This document shows positions 31,290-42,272 of a DNA stretch of 64,000 nt, one piece after another. The notes below the pieces were generated by a model that saw nothing but the letters and a program-made list of their open reading frames with translations, had not been told where the DNA came from and searched no databases. The translations under genes and the position numbers were made by a program. This DNA is from an uncultured delta proteobacterium (GTDB lineage: Bacteria; Desulfobacterota; Syntrophia; Syntrophales; Smithellaceae). The stretch is taken from the NCBI GenBank assembly GCA_963753975.1, contig CAVWEH010000001.1:224001-288000 (forward strand), written 5' to 3'. How positions within the stretch are numbered: the stretch's first letter is position 1; each line of letters starts with the position of its first letter.

Positions 31290-32694
31290 CGAGCCGAAAG
31301 ACAAAAAAGAAAGAGTACCGCGGCAAAAGATGCCGGAGCAGGATCCGCAAAAGAGGGTCGGCAATTTCGAAGAAGTTCCTCTGGGCTATTCCGAGGAACA
31401 AGCGATAGCCGAGGCCAAACGCTGCATCCAATGCAAAAAGCCCGGTTGCATCGGCGGTTGTCCTGTTGATGTTAAAATTCCTGAATTTGTCAAAGATATC
31501 GCCGAAGGGAAATTCATCGAAGCCGCCCAAAAGTTAAAAGAAACGAATAGTCTTCCGGCGGTTTGCGGCCGGGTCTGCCCGCAGGAAGATCAATGTGAAA
31601 AGCAATGTATTCTGGGTAGAAAGGGCGAGCCTGTAGCCATCGGCCGTCTGGAGCGCTTTGCCGCGGACTATGAGCGAAATGCCGGAAAAGTAACAATTCC
31701 TCCCTCAACTAAAGCCACCGGCAAAAAAATTGCTGTCATCGGTGCCGGCCCGGCGGGCCTCACTATTGCGGGCGATCTGGTCAAATTGGGTTATGATGTG
31801 ACAATATTTGAGGCCTTGCATAAAGCCGGAGGAGTGCTTGTCTACGGTATTCCCGAATTCCGTTTGCCCAAAGCCATTGTGGAAGCGGAAGTGGAATATT
31901 TGAAGAAGCTGGGTGTAAAGATCGAAACCAACGTTGTCATCGGCCGCACTAAAACCATCGATGAGCTTTTTGCTGCAGGTTATGACGCGATATTTATCGG
32001 CGTGGGCGCCGGAGCGCCTGTTTTTATGAATATCCCCGGCGAAAACTTAAGCGGCATTTATTCCGCCAATGAATATTTGACCAGGTCCAATTTAATGAAA
32101 GCGTATCGCTTTCCCGAGTATGATACGCCTATTGTTCGCGGCAAACTCGTAGCGGTAATCGGCGGCGGCAATGTGGCTATGGATTCGGTGCGCACGGCGC
32201 TGCGCTTAGGCGCCGAGAAAGCCATGATAATTTATCGCCGTACCGAAGTGGAAATGCCCGCGCGCAAAGAAGAAGTCCATCATGCCCGGGAAGAAGGCGT
32301 GGAGTTTCTGATGCTGACAGCTCCTGTGGAATATATCGGCAATGCTGCCGGTTGGGTTACCGGTGTGAAATGCATCAAAATGGAATTGGGCGAACCGGAT
32401 GCATCGGGAAGAAGACGCCCCGTGCCCGTCAACGGATCGGAATTTGTGATAGATGTTGATACCGTTGTTGTTGCTGTGGGAACAATGGCCAATCCCATAG
32501 TCCCGGCGACTACACCCGGACTTGCGACGAACAGACTCGGTTATATTGTTACGAAAGATGAATCGGGGCTTACCAGCCGCGAGGGCATTTATGCCGGCGG
32601 CGACATTGTCACCGGTTCGGCGACGGTAATTTTAGCGATGGGCGCCGGCCGCAAAGCGGCCAATGCGATTCATGATTATCTATCCAAAAAGTAA
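31279..32694 (+). CDS. nfnB: NfnB/SudA large subunit (GltD-like)
   Basis: RCIQCKKPGC..GCP, GRVCPQEDQCE, GAGPAG, GGGNVAMD; directly follows nfnA. Confidence 0.9.
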   Translation: METSEPKDKKERVPRQKMPEQDPQKRVGNFEEVPLGYSEEQAIAEAKRCIQCKKPGCIGGCPVDVKIPEFVKDIAEGKFIEAAQKLKETNSLPAVCGRVCPQEDQCEKQCILGRKGEPVAIGRLERFAADYERNAGKVTIPPSTKATGKKIAVIGAGPAGLTIAGDLVKLGYDVTIFEALHKAGGVLVYGIPEFRLPKAIVEAEVEYLKKLGVKIETNVVIGRTKTIDELFAAGYDAIFIGVGAGAPVFMNIPGENLSGIYSANEYLTRSNLMKAYRFPEYDTPIVRGKLVAVIGGGNVAMDSVRTALRLGAEKAMIIYRRTEVEMPARKEEVHHAREEGVEFLMLTAPVEYIGNAAGWVTGVKCIKMELGEPDASGRRRPVPVNGSEFVIDVDTVVVAVGTMANPIVPATTPGLATNRLGYIVTKDESGLTSREGIYAGGDIVTGSATVILAMGAGRKAANAIHDYLSKK

Positions 32695-32834
32695 AGTGTC
32701 TTGCATCTCCGAGTGTGCGGAGATCTAGAAAACAATGTATCCCAGCGTGACCATTACTTTGTCGTTGCGCGATGTCTCTCCGGCAGAGTTTGCCAAGCAT
32801 ATGCCGGGTGGCAATTTTATTCTCCCATAAACTG

Positions 32835-33470
32835 TTATTGGATAAAGAACTTATACGTCTGATAGAGAAAATAAAAACCAAATCCGACAAGAAATATTCC
32901 GGCGATCAGAGAAATGTACCCGGTTATTTTTTCATTGATGATTTTTTTGCCCCAATGCAGAGCAATGGTAAAAGAAACCACCCAGAGAAAACAACCCAGC
33001 AAAATAGAAAGACACGATAAGAAGGCGGATAAGTTTGTTTGCGCATGAGTTTGTGAGGCCAGTAGTGCTCCAAAAACTCCGGTCCACCAGACAATCGTCA
33101 TCGGAGACGAAATAGCCAGAACATAGCCGGTAACAAAGGAATTATTGAACAGCCGTCGCGGCTGATTTTCCGCAATAGCAGCTTTATGGAAAAACTCTCT
33201 GGCGCTGATTAACCCGAGATAAATCAAAATAACGCTTCCGGCGCTGCCTAAAATAATTTTCATTAAAGTGATATGTAAAAAAGAAGTAAGGCCGAAAAAG
33301 ATCAGAGTCAAATAAGTTGTATCGGCACTCATAGCGCCGGCACCGGTAAGAAACGCCTCTCGGAAGCCGTAATTTAAACCACGTTTGATTATTTCCAGAT
33401 TCACCGGCCCAATCGGCGCGGCAAGGGAGAGACCTAAGATTATATTTTGCAGTAAGGAATATTTTTCCAA
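32835..33470 (-). CDS. LysE family translocator
   Basis: LAAPIGPVN..RG, multiple TM helices, SSP..IVWW. Confidence 0.88.
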   Translation of the reverse strand: MEKYSLLQNIILGLSLAAPIGPVNLEIIKRGLNYGFREAFLTGAGAMSADTTYLTLIFFGLTSFLHITLMKIILGSAGSVILIYLGLISAREFFHKAAIAENQPRRLFNNSFVTGYVLAISSPMTIVWWTGVFGALLASQTHAQTNLSAFLSCLSILLGCFLWVVSFTIALHWGKKIINEKITGYISLIAGIFLVGFGFYFLYQTYKFFIQ

Positions 33471-33738
33471 GTCAAACCCTTCCCTCTGAACCGGGGCAAT
33501 TTTTTATTGCATATACATTACCATGTAATCTTGCATAATTTTTTTTATTTGTCAGCATAAACAGAAACAGTTGCGATTAATTGTAGTAAAAGAAGTGACC
33601 TTTAAACCCATGGCTTGTAAAAACATCTTTCTGGAAGCAGGATACCTCATCTAAATATTTTTAATGAACTTGTCTATTGTTTAATGATAGAATCAATAAA
33701 TAAAATTATTCATATTAAACTTATCGGGCGATATAGCT

Positions 33739-34584
33739 ATGGGAAAGCCGTATTACTTATTTAAGTACAACTACATTAAAGGCGACGAATTTACAACCAT
33801 CGCCCACCGCGGCGCTTCCGCTTATTATCCGGAAAACACCCTGAAATCATTTCAGGGCGCAATCTCGATGGGCGCCGATATGATCGAGTTCGATGTTCAA
33901 CTGACCAGAGACGGAGAAGTGGTAGTATTTCATGACGAAAAACTCGCGCGTTGTACAAACGGCAAAGGCCGGATTGCCGATTACCCCCTTGCCCAGCTAA
34001 AAAAACTGGATGTCGGAAGCTGGTTTGGTAAGGAATATCAAGGTGCAAAGATACCTATTTTGGAGGAAGTTTTAAGCCTTTGTCGGGATAAAGTTGCGGT
34101 CAATATTGAAATTAAAACCGAAGCAGTTAGCGAAAATATACGCAATGGCATTGAAGAAAAGAGCCTGAACATTGTGGAGACTAGAGGAATGCGGGAACAC
34201 GTAGTGTTTTCGAGCTTTGATCCACGGGCCATTACACATCTCAAGGAAATAGATCGCACTATAGCTGCAGCCGTGTTATTTGAAAAAGAGTATTATGGCT
34301 CAAAGCTGCCTTCGGAGATAATTGAATTACTCGGAGCCGATGCCTTCAACTGTTTCAAAAATGAGCTCAGCAAGAAATGGCTTATAAATCTTAAAGCGAA
34401 TAATATTCCTGTAAATATTTATACCGTAAATGATAGAAAGAACATGCATCGTTTTATCGAGTTGGGCGTCAGCGGAATATTTACCAATAAACCGGACATA
34501 TTAAAGGCGGTATTAGCGGATATAAAAGAAACTCAAAAAAAGACGAAGGTAAAAACTGATGACTATATCAAACACTCTGATTAG
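33739..34584 (+). CDS. Glycerophosphodiester phosphodiesterase
   Basis: IAHRGAS..PENT, EFDV, FHD, NIEIK, YTVN, IFTN.P. Confidence 0.93.
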   Translation: MGKPYYLFKYNYIKGDEFTTIAHRGASAYYPENTLKSFQGAISMGADMIEFDVQLTRDGEVVVFHDEKLARCTNGKGRIADYPLAQLKKLDVGSWFGKEYQGAKIPILEEVLSLCRDKVAVNIEIKTEAVSENIRNGIEEKSLNIVETRGMREHVVFSSFDPRAITHLKEIDRTIAAAVLFEKEYYGSKLPSEIIELLGADAFNCFKNELSKKWLINLKANNIPVNIYTVNDRKNMHRFIELGVSGIFTNKPDILKAVLADIKETQKKTKVKTDDYIKHSD

Positions 34585-36733
34585 AACCATTGAGGTTACA
34601 TTGGATGCCTTGACTAAGGCATCGGGTACGGACATACGCATCCATGGAACAAGCAATGTTCCCGACGAGCCCGTCCTTTATGTCATCAATCACTTTACGC
34701 GCCTGGAGACTATTTTAATGCCCTATATAATCAAAAAGAGCATCAAAAAGTATCCAATTTCCTTGGCGGCCAGTGAGTTTTTTGGCGGGAGAATGGGCGA
34801 GCTCATGGACAAATTGGGTGCGATTTCCACCGCGAATCCGGAGAGAGACACACTTTTGATCAACGCACTTCTTACCGGTTCTAACCCGGTCATTATTTAT
34901 CCCGAAGGGCAGATGATCAAGGACAAAAAGATTATCGAGAAAGGCAAATACATGGTTTACAACACCGGCATCAGAAGGCCGCCGCACACGGGCGCGGCGC
35001 GTATCGCCCTGCGCTCTCAGTTCATTCGCGAAGAATTACGCTTCCTACGCGACCGAGGCGATGATTCGTCCATTATTCAAATCGCGAAACATTTTGGTTT
35101 TGATCCTGTGGCTTTAGACCAAATTTTGAAGCAGGAAACATATATTGTGCCGGTAAATATTACCTATTATCCGATCCGGGCGAGGAATAACGCCATCAAC
35201 AAGCTTGTCAATATATTTGTCGATAAGGTTTCAACGCGGTTTGAAGAAGAGATGCAGGTCGAGGGCTCCATGATTATAGACGGCGTGGACATCGATATTA
35301 ACTTCGGCCAGCCGATGTCAATGAAAAAGTATATCACGGCGAGTGTGGGAGTGAAAAAGATGCTGGCCGATAATAATCTTTATTTGCACCCCGGAGAATT
35401 GAAATATGTTTCTCCATTTAAAAAACTCTATATCGAAATTATGTATGATTATATGAAGGCCATATACTCCATGACGACGGTCAATCATGATCATCTTTTT
35501 TCTTATATCTTGACTAAATACAGTAGAAGCAAAATTAGTGAGAACGATTTTAAAAACCGCGTTTTTCTGGCCATCGAACATTTGCGCGCCAGCGGTTTAA
35601 CGAACTACCATACGTCTCTGAATAAGAAGCAGTTCTATCTTCTCACGGATGATTATCATGAAGAATACGAAAGTTTTATAAAGGCGGCCGTCGCCGACAA
35701 TCTCATTATTATGAAAAACAGAATGATTATCAAGAACAGGAAATGTTTCAGCAAAAAATATGATTTTCAGACTATCCGGAAGGATAATATTATCGAGGTT
35801 CTCAAAAACGAGATAGAGCCTCTCCAAGAGTTTACCAAAGCCTTGGATAGTCTAATGTTCCTGCCCGCTGCTTTTATCCGAAAGAAGATAAGGGATCACT
35901 TTATCGAGTTGGAAGCTCAGCTTTTCGAACAAGATTATGAGCAGTATTATATAAAAGGTGAAAGCAAGCCCAAAAATATCGGAGCGCCTTTTTTTATGAA
36001 GCGTTTCTTCAGTAAGAAAGGAACGATTCTGGTTCACGGATATATGGCGGCTCCGGAAGAAATTAGGCCGCTGGCGGATTATCTCTATAAAAAGGGCTAC
36101 AACGTATACGGCGCGCGTCTGCGTGGGCATGGTACGGCCCCGGAAGATTTGGCGGGCCGCAGCTGGCAAAAGTGGTATGATTCCGTAAGCAGGGCATATA
36201 TCATCATGAAAAATTCCCTGAAATCTTTTGCCATTGGCGGCTTTTCCACAGGTGCGGGAATAGCTTTATTACAGGCTTCAAATAAGCCCGGCAGGTTTGT
36301 GGGAGTAATATCTATTAACGCGCCTTTAAAACTGCAAAATATCTCCTCCAGGTTTTCATCTGTGGTTGTCGTCTGGAATAAATTTCTTTCGAAAATCAAC
36401 ACCAGCAAAGGGAAAATGGAATTCATCGCCAATGACCCGGAAAATCCAGATATAAATTACCTGCGTAATCCTGTCAGCGGCGTCAATGAACTGGAGAAGC
36501 TCATGAATTTCGTTGAAGAGAGACTTGAATACATCAAAGACCCAACTCTGGTCATACAGGGTTCGGAAGATCCGGTAGTGAATCCGGTAAGCGGGCGCGA
36601 AATTTTGGAAAAGCTGAGAACCAAGAAGAAGGAGCTTATCCGAATCGAGGCCAAACACCACGGGATATTGAGGGGAAAAGAAGCGGATCAGGTAAACGTG
36701 ACAGTATTGAAGTTCTTAAGGAGCGTTTTTTAA
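34559..36733 (+). CDS. Acyltransferase (PlsB/PlsC-like) fused to an alpha/beta hydrolase
   Basis: NHFTRLE and YPEG motifs N-terminally; HGY, GFSTG, QGSEDPVV and a His C-terminally. Confidence 0.85.
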   Translation: MTISNTLIRTIEVTLDALTKASGTDIRIHGTSNVPDEPVLYVINHFTRLETILMPYIIKKSIKKYPISLAASEFFGGRMGELMDKLGAISTANPERDTLLINALLTGSNPVIIYPEGQMIKDKKIIEKGKYMVYNTGIRRPPHTGAARIALRSQFIREELRFLRDRGDDSSIIQIAKHFGFDPVALDQILKQETYIVPVNITYYPIRARNNAINKLVNIFVDKVSTRFEEEMQVEGSMIIDGVDIDINFGQPMSMKKYITASVGVKKMLADNNLYLHPGELKYVSPFKKLYIEIMYDYMKAIYSMTTVNHDHLFSYILTKYSRSKISENDFKNRVFLAIEHLRASGLTNYHTSLNKKQFYLLTDDYHEEYESFIKAAVADNLIIMKNRMIIKNRKCFSKKYDFQTIRKDNIIEVLKNEIEPLQEFTKALDSLMFLPAAFIRKKIRDHFIELEAQLFEQDYEQYYIKGESKPKNIGAPFFMKRFFSKKGTILVHGYMAAPEEIRPLADYLYKKGYNVYGARLRGHGTAPEDLAGRSWQKWYDSVSRAYIIMKNSLKSFAIGGFSTGAGIALLQASNKPGRFVGVISINAPLKLQNISSRFSSVVVVWNKFLSKINTSKGKMEFIANDPENPDINYLRNPVSGVNELEKLMNFVEERLEYIKDPTLVIQGSEDPVVNPVSGREILEKLRTKKKELIRIEAKHHGILRGKEADQVNVTVLKFLRSVF

Positions 36734-36793
36734 ATTCCGATGGTAATACTTCTTTCCGTGGTCTAAGCGATATAGAGTTAGATTAAAATATCA

Positions 36794-39700
36794 TCAAGCG
36801 GCCAGATTGTAATTCTTCTCGCGGAAAAGCCGCATACAGGCATCGACAAGATCAGGATCATAGAGGATACCCTTGTTTTTAGTGATCTCATCCAATGCTA
36901 CTTCAATCCCGTGGGCAGCTCGGTAGGGCCGGTGGGAAGAGATGGCTTCCACTACATCGGCTATGGCCAAAATACGGGATTCCAGGAGGATTTGCTCTCC
37001 CGTCAGGCCGTTCGGGTAGCCGGAGCCGTTTATACGTTCGTGATGCTCCAGAACAATCCGGGCAATGGGCCAGGGAAACTCGATGTCTTTGAGGATATTA
37101 TATCCGGATACCGGGTGGGTTTTAATTAAATTGAATTCCAGGGTAGTAAGTTGAGTGGGCTTGGTGAGAATCTCGGAAGGAATGGATATTTTGCCGATAT
37201 CATGAATCATGCTGGCCATGCGCACACTGTCAATTTGCTCGCTTTTCAGATTCATCTCCGTGGCGATGGCGCGTGCCAGATCAGCCACTCTTCGTTGATG
37301 GCCTGCCGTGTAAGGATCTCTCGTTTCCACGGTTACGGCCATGGCATTAATCGTGGCGCCCAAGGATTTTCTTAAGCGCTCGATGTTTTCGCGGCGCTCG
37401 TCTTCTATTTTCTTTTTTTCTGTAATGTCCTGATTAATTCCCTGATAATAGAGCAAGCGTCCCTGGTCATCCCGGACGGCACGCATGTTGATGGATACCC
37501 AGATGCGACTACCGTCTTTTTTATAATATTCTGTTTCAAAATCCGTAACCGACCCTTTCTCATTCACCAATTCGAGCAATTTCCTGCGGTCGTCCGGATG
37601 GACATAAATCTGTTGGGCAATGTCGGTAATAGTTGCCATGACTTCTTCGGGGGAAGCATAGCCGAGCATACGGGCGAGTGCCGGGTTTAAGGTAAGGTAT
37701 CCGACGGCTGATTGGTAGATACCTTCCTGAGCGTTTTCGATAAGGCTCCGGTATTTTTCTTCACTCTTGCTTAATGCCTCCTCCGCCCGCTTGCGTTCGG
37801 TGATATCCCGAGAAATACCCCGAAATCCGATCGGTTTACCTTCGGCATCCCTGATAAGAGATACTGAAACTTCGTTAAAACCTTTCATTCCGTTTTTTTT
37901 GATAATTTCAACATCCAATGCCTTAACCGGTTCACTTGTTCTGTAGACTTGGCTGAAGAGTTGATACATTCCTTGAGCAGCTGTTTCATCCTGATAACGC
38001 CGGTTGTTCATCCCGATCAATTCCTCTCTGGGATATCCTATATTTCTGCACTCGGCGTCATTAATGAAGGTAAAATTACCGGCAAGGTCAAGTTCAAAAT
38101 AGCCCTCCTGCATATTCTCCAGAATATTCCTATATTTCTCCTCGCTCTCGCGCATTTTTTCCTCGGCCTGCTTGCGCTCGGTGATATCACGAACATTCAT
38201 GATAAAACCTGCAACGGCTGGATTATCTAAGAGATTTTTCCCCAACCCCTCGAAATAGTGTTCTGAACCGTCTTTGTGCACTATGAGAAATGCATTGGGG
38301 ATCGCGGAATCTGTTGTCAGAATAGCCTTGCCGAAATCAGCGACGGCGCGTTTTTTATCATCCGGATGAATAAGTGTGAGCGCATTTCTGCCGATCAGTT
38401 CCTCGGGCTTGTATCCGGTAAAACGCTCGATAGAACGACTGCAATATTTTATGTCGCCGTTTTTATCCGTAATGACAATAATATCTGAAGAGTTTTCTGT
38501 AATCTCCTTAAAGTAATTTTCGCTCTCCCGCAGCGCCTCCTCGGCCTGCCCGCGTTCGGTGATGTCCCGGATGATTCCTCTAAACCCTATCAGTTTACCA
38601 GAAGAGTCTTTACGTAACGATATAGATGTCTCAATGTATCTTTTGGCCCCATCTTTTCTTATAATCTGCCAATCGAATGCTTTGGCGGGCTCCCCTGTTC
38701 TATAAACTTCATTAAAGGTTTTAAAAAGTTTTTTTGCGGTCTCTTCGTCTGTAAACTGACGGTTATTCATGCCCATCATTTCTTCCTGGGAATACCCAAG
38801 GATTCGGCACATGGAATTGTTGAAAAAGGTGAAATTACCATTAAGATCTACTTCGTAATAACCGTCTTCGATATTTCCCAGAATATTTCGGTATTTCTCC
38901 TCACTTTTACGCAGATCGTCGAGCGCAGCCTCCCTTTGTGACTCCGCCTGTTTGCGCTCGGTGATATCCTGAGCGAAACCGATGAGGCCGATGGGCATGC
39001 CGTCTTTATCAAGAATCGGGACCTTGTCTGTATGTACCCACCGTGTGCCGCTTGCGGATTCATATTGCTCCGTTATGTTAAGTTTAGGCTGTCGCGATTG
39101 AAAAACTTCCCGGTCATCGTCGGTCATGCTCTGAGCAGTCCACTTCGAATAAAAGTCGAATACTGTTTTTCCCGCGAAATTTTCTTCGGGTATGTTCAGC
39201 ACTTTGGCAAAGGTTCTATTGACGCGTATAAATCTTCCTTTTCTATCTTTATAAAAAACTATGATCGGCGAAGAATCGATGATGAGTTTCAGTTCCTCCC
39301 GTTCTTTTTCCAGAATGTCTTCTAATTTCTTCCGGTCGGTGACGTCATGGTAGATGATCTGAAACTGTTTTGCGCCGTTCCAAACGACTTCCTTGCGGAA
39401 AACCTGAACATTACGGATTTCACCGTTTTTCTTCACGATATTTATATCATATTCAGGCGAGCCAAACTCGCTCCGTTCTCTTTTTTTCTTTCTTATCCGG
39501 AATTCGGCATAACTCTCCGGAGTGTAACGCTCCTTTAGGGGTGTTTTTCTCAACTCTTCGATGCTTTCGTAGCCATACATATCCAGAGCCGCCTGGTTGG
39601 CATAAAGTGTCTCGCCTTCCGCCGTCACAACACAGACTCCCAGAGGGGAATCATCCAGAGAGCGGCGGAAATTTTCTTCGCTCTCCCTGAGCGCCTCTTC

Positions 39701-40972
39701 CGCTCGCACGCGTTCGGTAATATCTCTGGCCACACAGGAGATACCGATAATTTTACCCTCCTGAACAATGGGTGACCCGGTAACTTCGCCTGTTCTCGTC
39801 AATCCCTCCTTCGTTATAAAATTGTAAACCACGTTTGGAACATCCGCTCCTGAAAGAACTCGCCCCACATTAAGGATTGCTCTCTCCAGCGATTCCGGCG
39901 TCATAAGATTCAAATCCGGGAAGGGTTTGTTGATTAATTCTTCCGGTTTGTAGCCCAATATTTTCTCAACACTGGGAGTGATATTGGAAATTTTTAATTC
40001 AGAATCCACCGTAAGGATAATGTCAGAGGTACTCGCAAAAGTAAGCCGGTATTTTTTCTCGCTTTGCCGCAATTCTTCCTCCGCCCTCTTGCGCGCAGTG
40101 ATATCGCGCGTCATCCCTCTAAAACCAATTTTTCTCCCCGCAGAATTTTTAAGCAATAATATAGAGGCGGAAACATAGGCTTTAGCTCCATTTTTCTTAA
40201 TAATCTCATAATCATATCCTTTAACGGGCTTTTCCGTTCTATAGACTTCATTAAATACTCGATACATTTTTTCTGCGGTTTCTTTAGTTGTATACTGCCT
40301 GTTGTTCATGCCTATCGATTCTTCCCGGGAATATCCGGATATTCGGCAGATGGAATCAGTGATAAAAGTTAAGTTACCGGTAAGATCAGACTCATAATAA
40401 GCCTCCTCGATGTTGTCCAAAATGGTTCGATATTTTTCCTCGCTCTCACGCAACATTTCTTCTGCCTGCTTGCGCTCCGTTATATCATCATATATGGCTA
40501 CAATTTCACCGGTAGGCAGCTTATAAACGTAATTTTCCTTCCAGCCCTGAATACGGGTATCTTTATAAAAAGCAGTAGGGTGATATTCCGGCTTTCCGGT
40601 TTTCCATACCCGTTGAAACACTTTGAATAATCCTAGATCCTTTACGCCCGGAAATACTTTAAGCACCGATTTACCGATAATTGTTTTTCTATCAATTTGC
40701 TCCACTTTTTCGGCTGATTTATTAAAATCTTTGAAAACAAAATCTTTTCCGTTTGCGCTTGCCGTATAAATGGCCACGCAACTGCTCATATTTTCAAACA
40801 GCTGCTTGAAGCTTTGTTCGTCCTCAAAGAAAGCTCTATGGGTTTTTCGTGCCTGTAGAGAATTTGGGCTTTTTTTGATTATATTTTTAGGTTTTTTAGT
40901 TGCTTTAAATTGTTTTCGCAGTGCGCTCGTCTTCTTCATAAGTTTTTGTTTGGAATGGGCTTTTGCTTTCAC
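36794..40972 (-). CDS. Multi-PAS (9 domains) HD-GYP phosphodiesterase
   Basis: Repeated PAS/PAC units ending in DIT/DVT; HDIGK and HHERINGSGYP; GTG start at 40972 after GGAGG. Confidence 0.93.
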   Translation of the reverse strand: MKAKAHSKQKLMKKTSALRKQFKATKKPKNIIKKSPNSLQARKTHRAFFEDEQSFKQLFENMSSCVAIYTASANGKDFVFKDFNKSAEKVEQIDRKTIIGKSVLKVFPGVKDLGLFKVFQRVWKTGKPEYHPTAFYKDTRIQGWKENYVYKLPTGEIVAIYDDITERKQAEEMLRESEEKYRTILDNIEEAYYESDLTGNLTFITDSICRISGYSREESIGMNNRQYTTKETAEKMYRVFNEVYRTEKPVKGYDYEIIKKNGAKAYVSASILLLKNSAGRKIGFRGMTRDITARKRAEEELRQSEKKYRLTFASTSDIILTVDSELKISNITPSVEKILGYKPEELINKPFPDLNLMTPESLERAILNVGRVLSGADVPNVVYNFITKEGLTRTGEVTGSPIVQEGKIIGISCVARDITERVRAEEALRESEENFRRSLDDSPLGVCVVTAEGETLYANQAALDMYGYESIEELRKTPLKERYTPESYAEFRIRKKKRERSEFGSPEYDINIVKKNGEIRNVQVFRKEVVWNGAKQFQIIYHDVTDRKKLEDILEKEREELKLIIDSSPIIVFYKDRKGRFIRVNRTFAKVLNIPEENFAGKTVFDFYSKWTAQSMTDDDREVFQSRQPKLNITEQYESASGTRWVHTDKVPILDKDGMPIGLIGFAQDITERKQAESQREAALDDLRKSEEKYRNILGNIEDGYYEVDLNGNFTFFNNSMCRILGYSQEEMMGMNNRQFTDEETAKKLFKTFNEVYRTGEPAKAFDWQIIRKDGAKRYIETSISLRKDSSGKLIGFRGIIRDITERGQAEEALRESENYFKEITENSSDIIVITDKNGDIKYCSRSIERFTGYKPEELIGRNALTLIHPDDKKRAVADFGKAILTTDSAIPNAFLIVHKDGSEHYFEGLGKNLLDNPAVAGFIMNVRDITERKQAEEKMRESEEKYRNILENMQEGYFELDLAGNFTFINDAECRNIGYPREELIGMNNRRYQDETAAQGMYQLFSQVYRTSEPVKALDVEIIKKNGMKGFNEVSVSLIRDAEGKPIGFRGISRDITERKRAEEALSKSEEKYRSLIENAQEGIYQSAVGYLTLNPALARMLGYASPEEVMATITDIAQQIYVHPDDRRKLLELVNEKGSVTDFETEYYKKDGSRIWVSINMRAVRDDQGRLLYYQGINQDITEKKKIEDERRENIERLRKSLGATINAMAVTVETRDPYTAGHQRRVADLARAIATEMNLKSEQIDSVRMASMIHDIGKISIPSEILTKPTQLTTLEFNLIKTHPVSGYNILKDIEFPWPIARIVLEHHERINGSGYPNGLTGEQILLESRILAIADVVEAISSHRPYRAAHGIEVALDEITKNKGILYDPDLVDACMRLFREKNYNLAA

Positions 40973-41310
40973 CGTTAAGCCTCCGTAAATCACAACCATC
41001 AAAATAAAAACGTCGCCTTGATTAACGAAGACGAGGTTCCGCATGCAAACAATCTTCCCCTATGGGGAGAGCAATATCGAAAACAGTTTTAACAATATCA
41101 AAACATCAAGGTTATATTAATTTTACTCCCGAATTATTTAAAGTCAATCCTAATATTGTCAATCGTTTCAACACATTTTGCCTGATGTCAATGTTGGGAG
41201 ATGAGGGCATAATTCCCGGGCGGTGTTCATTATTAAGTCTGTGGCAATTAATTATGGAAATTCTTCTAATTATTTCATATATTCTGTAACGATCATTTAA
41301 AGAGGTTTTC

Positions 41311-42201
41311 ATGAAAGACCATCAGTTGGGCCGTCTGCGGTTTATTGGCGGTGAAAACCGCGGTAAATACCCGTTCAACCATTCGTTCTATGTTAAAGGA
41401 TCTGAGGCACGAGTCATTATCGATCCGGCCTGCAGTTGGGAAAAGCTCTCGCGCCTGCGCGATAAGGAAGGAGTCGATATGGTCTGGCTTTCCCACTGGC
41501 ATGAAGATCATTTTCATTATGTATATCTTTTTGAGGGGTTACCTTTGTGGATTTCCGGGCGGGATTTTCCGCCGCTGACGGACATCGAGATTTTTCTGGA
41601 TTGGTATGGCGTTTCCGATGGACGCAGCCGCGCTTACTGGAAAAAGGTAATGAGAGATGAATTCAATTTTCAGCCTAAGTCTCAAGCGCGCTTTATCGGG
41701 GATGACGAAAAGATTGATCTGGGGCAAGTAAGGGTTCAGGTAATTGCCACGCCGGGACATAGCCCCGGGCACCTGTCTTTCTTTTTCCCCGAAGAAGAGC
41801 TTCTTTTTTTGGGGGATTATGATTTAACGTCATTTGGCCCCTGGTATGGCGATGTTGCCTCCAGTATTGATGAAACCATCAAATCAATCCGGCGGCTCAA
41901 AGAAATTCCCGCCAAAACGTGGATTGCCTGTCATGAAGACGGTTTGTTTGAAGAAAATCCGGGAAAGCTCTGGGATAATTACGAAAACATTATCTACGAA
42001 CGGGAAAGGAAGATTCTGGAGTTTTTAAAAAACCCACATACATTCAAAGAAATTGCAGCCGCGTGGCTGATTTATGGCAAGCCTCGAAAGCCGCTGGAAT
42101 TTTTTGAATTTAATGAACGAGTCCTCGTGAATAAACATCTGGAGCGTTTGGAGAGGCAAGAACAAATTATCCGCGATAAGGATCAATACCGGAAAGTGTA
42201 A
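41311..42201 (+). CDS. MBL-fold metallo-hydrolase
   Basis: SHWHEDH, TPGHSPGH, GD motifs. Confidence 0.9.
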   Translation: MKDHQLGRLRFIGGENRGKYPFNHSFYVKGSEARVIIDPACSWEKLSRLRDKEGVDMVWLSHWHEDHFHYVYLFEGLPLWISGRDFPPLTDIEIFLDWYGVSDGRSRAYWKKVMRDEFNFQPKSQARFIGDDEKIDLGQVRVQVIATPGHSPGHLSFFFPEEELLFLGDYDLTSFGPWYGDVASSIDETIKSIRRLKEIPAKTWIACHEDGLFEENPGKLWDNYENIIYERERKILEFLKNPHTFKEIAAAWLIYGKPRKPLEFFEFNERVLVNKHLERLERQEQIIRDKDQYRKV

Positions 42202-42272
42202 ATTTCATTTGACTTGAAAAAATATCGGCCGGGTTGTAAAAACTCTATAGATAATAGCCGGAGGAATTATAA

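Noticed and set aside
31279..32694. Glutamate synthase small subunit call
   Set aside because: No gltB is adjacent, and the upstream partner is an NfnA/SudB-type protein, so NfnAB fits better.
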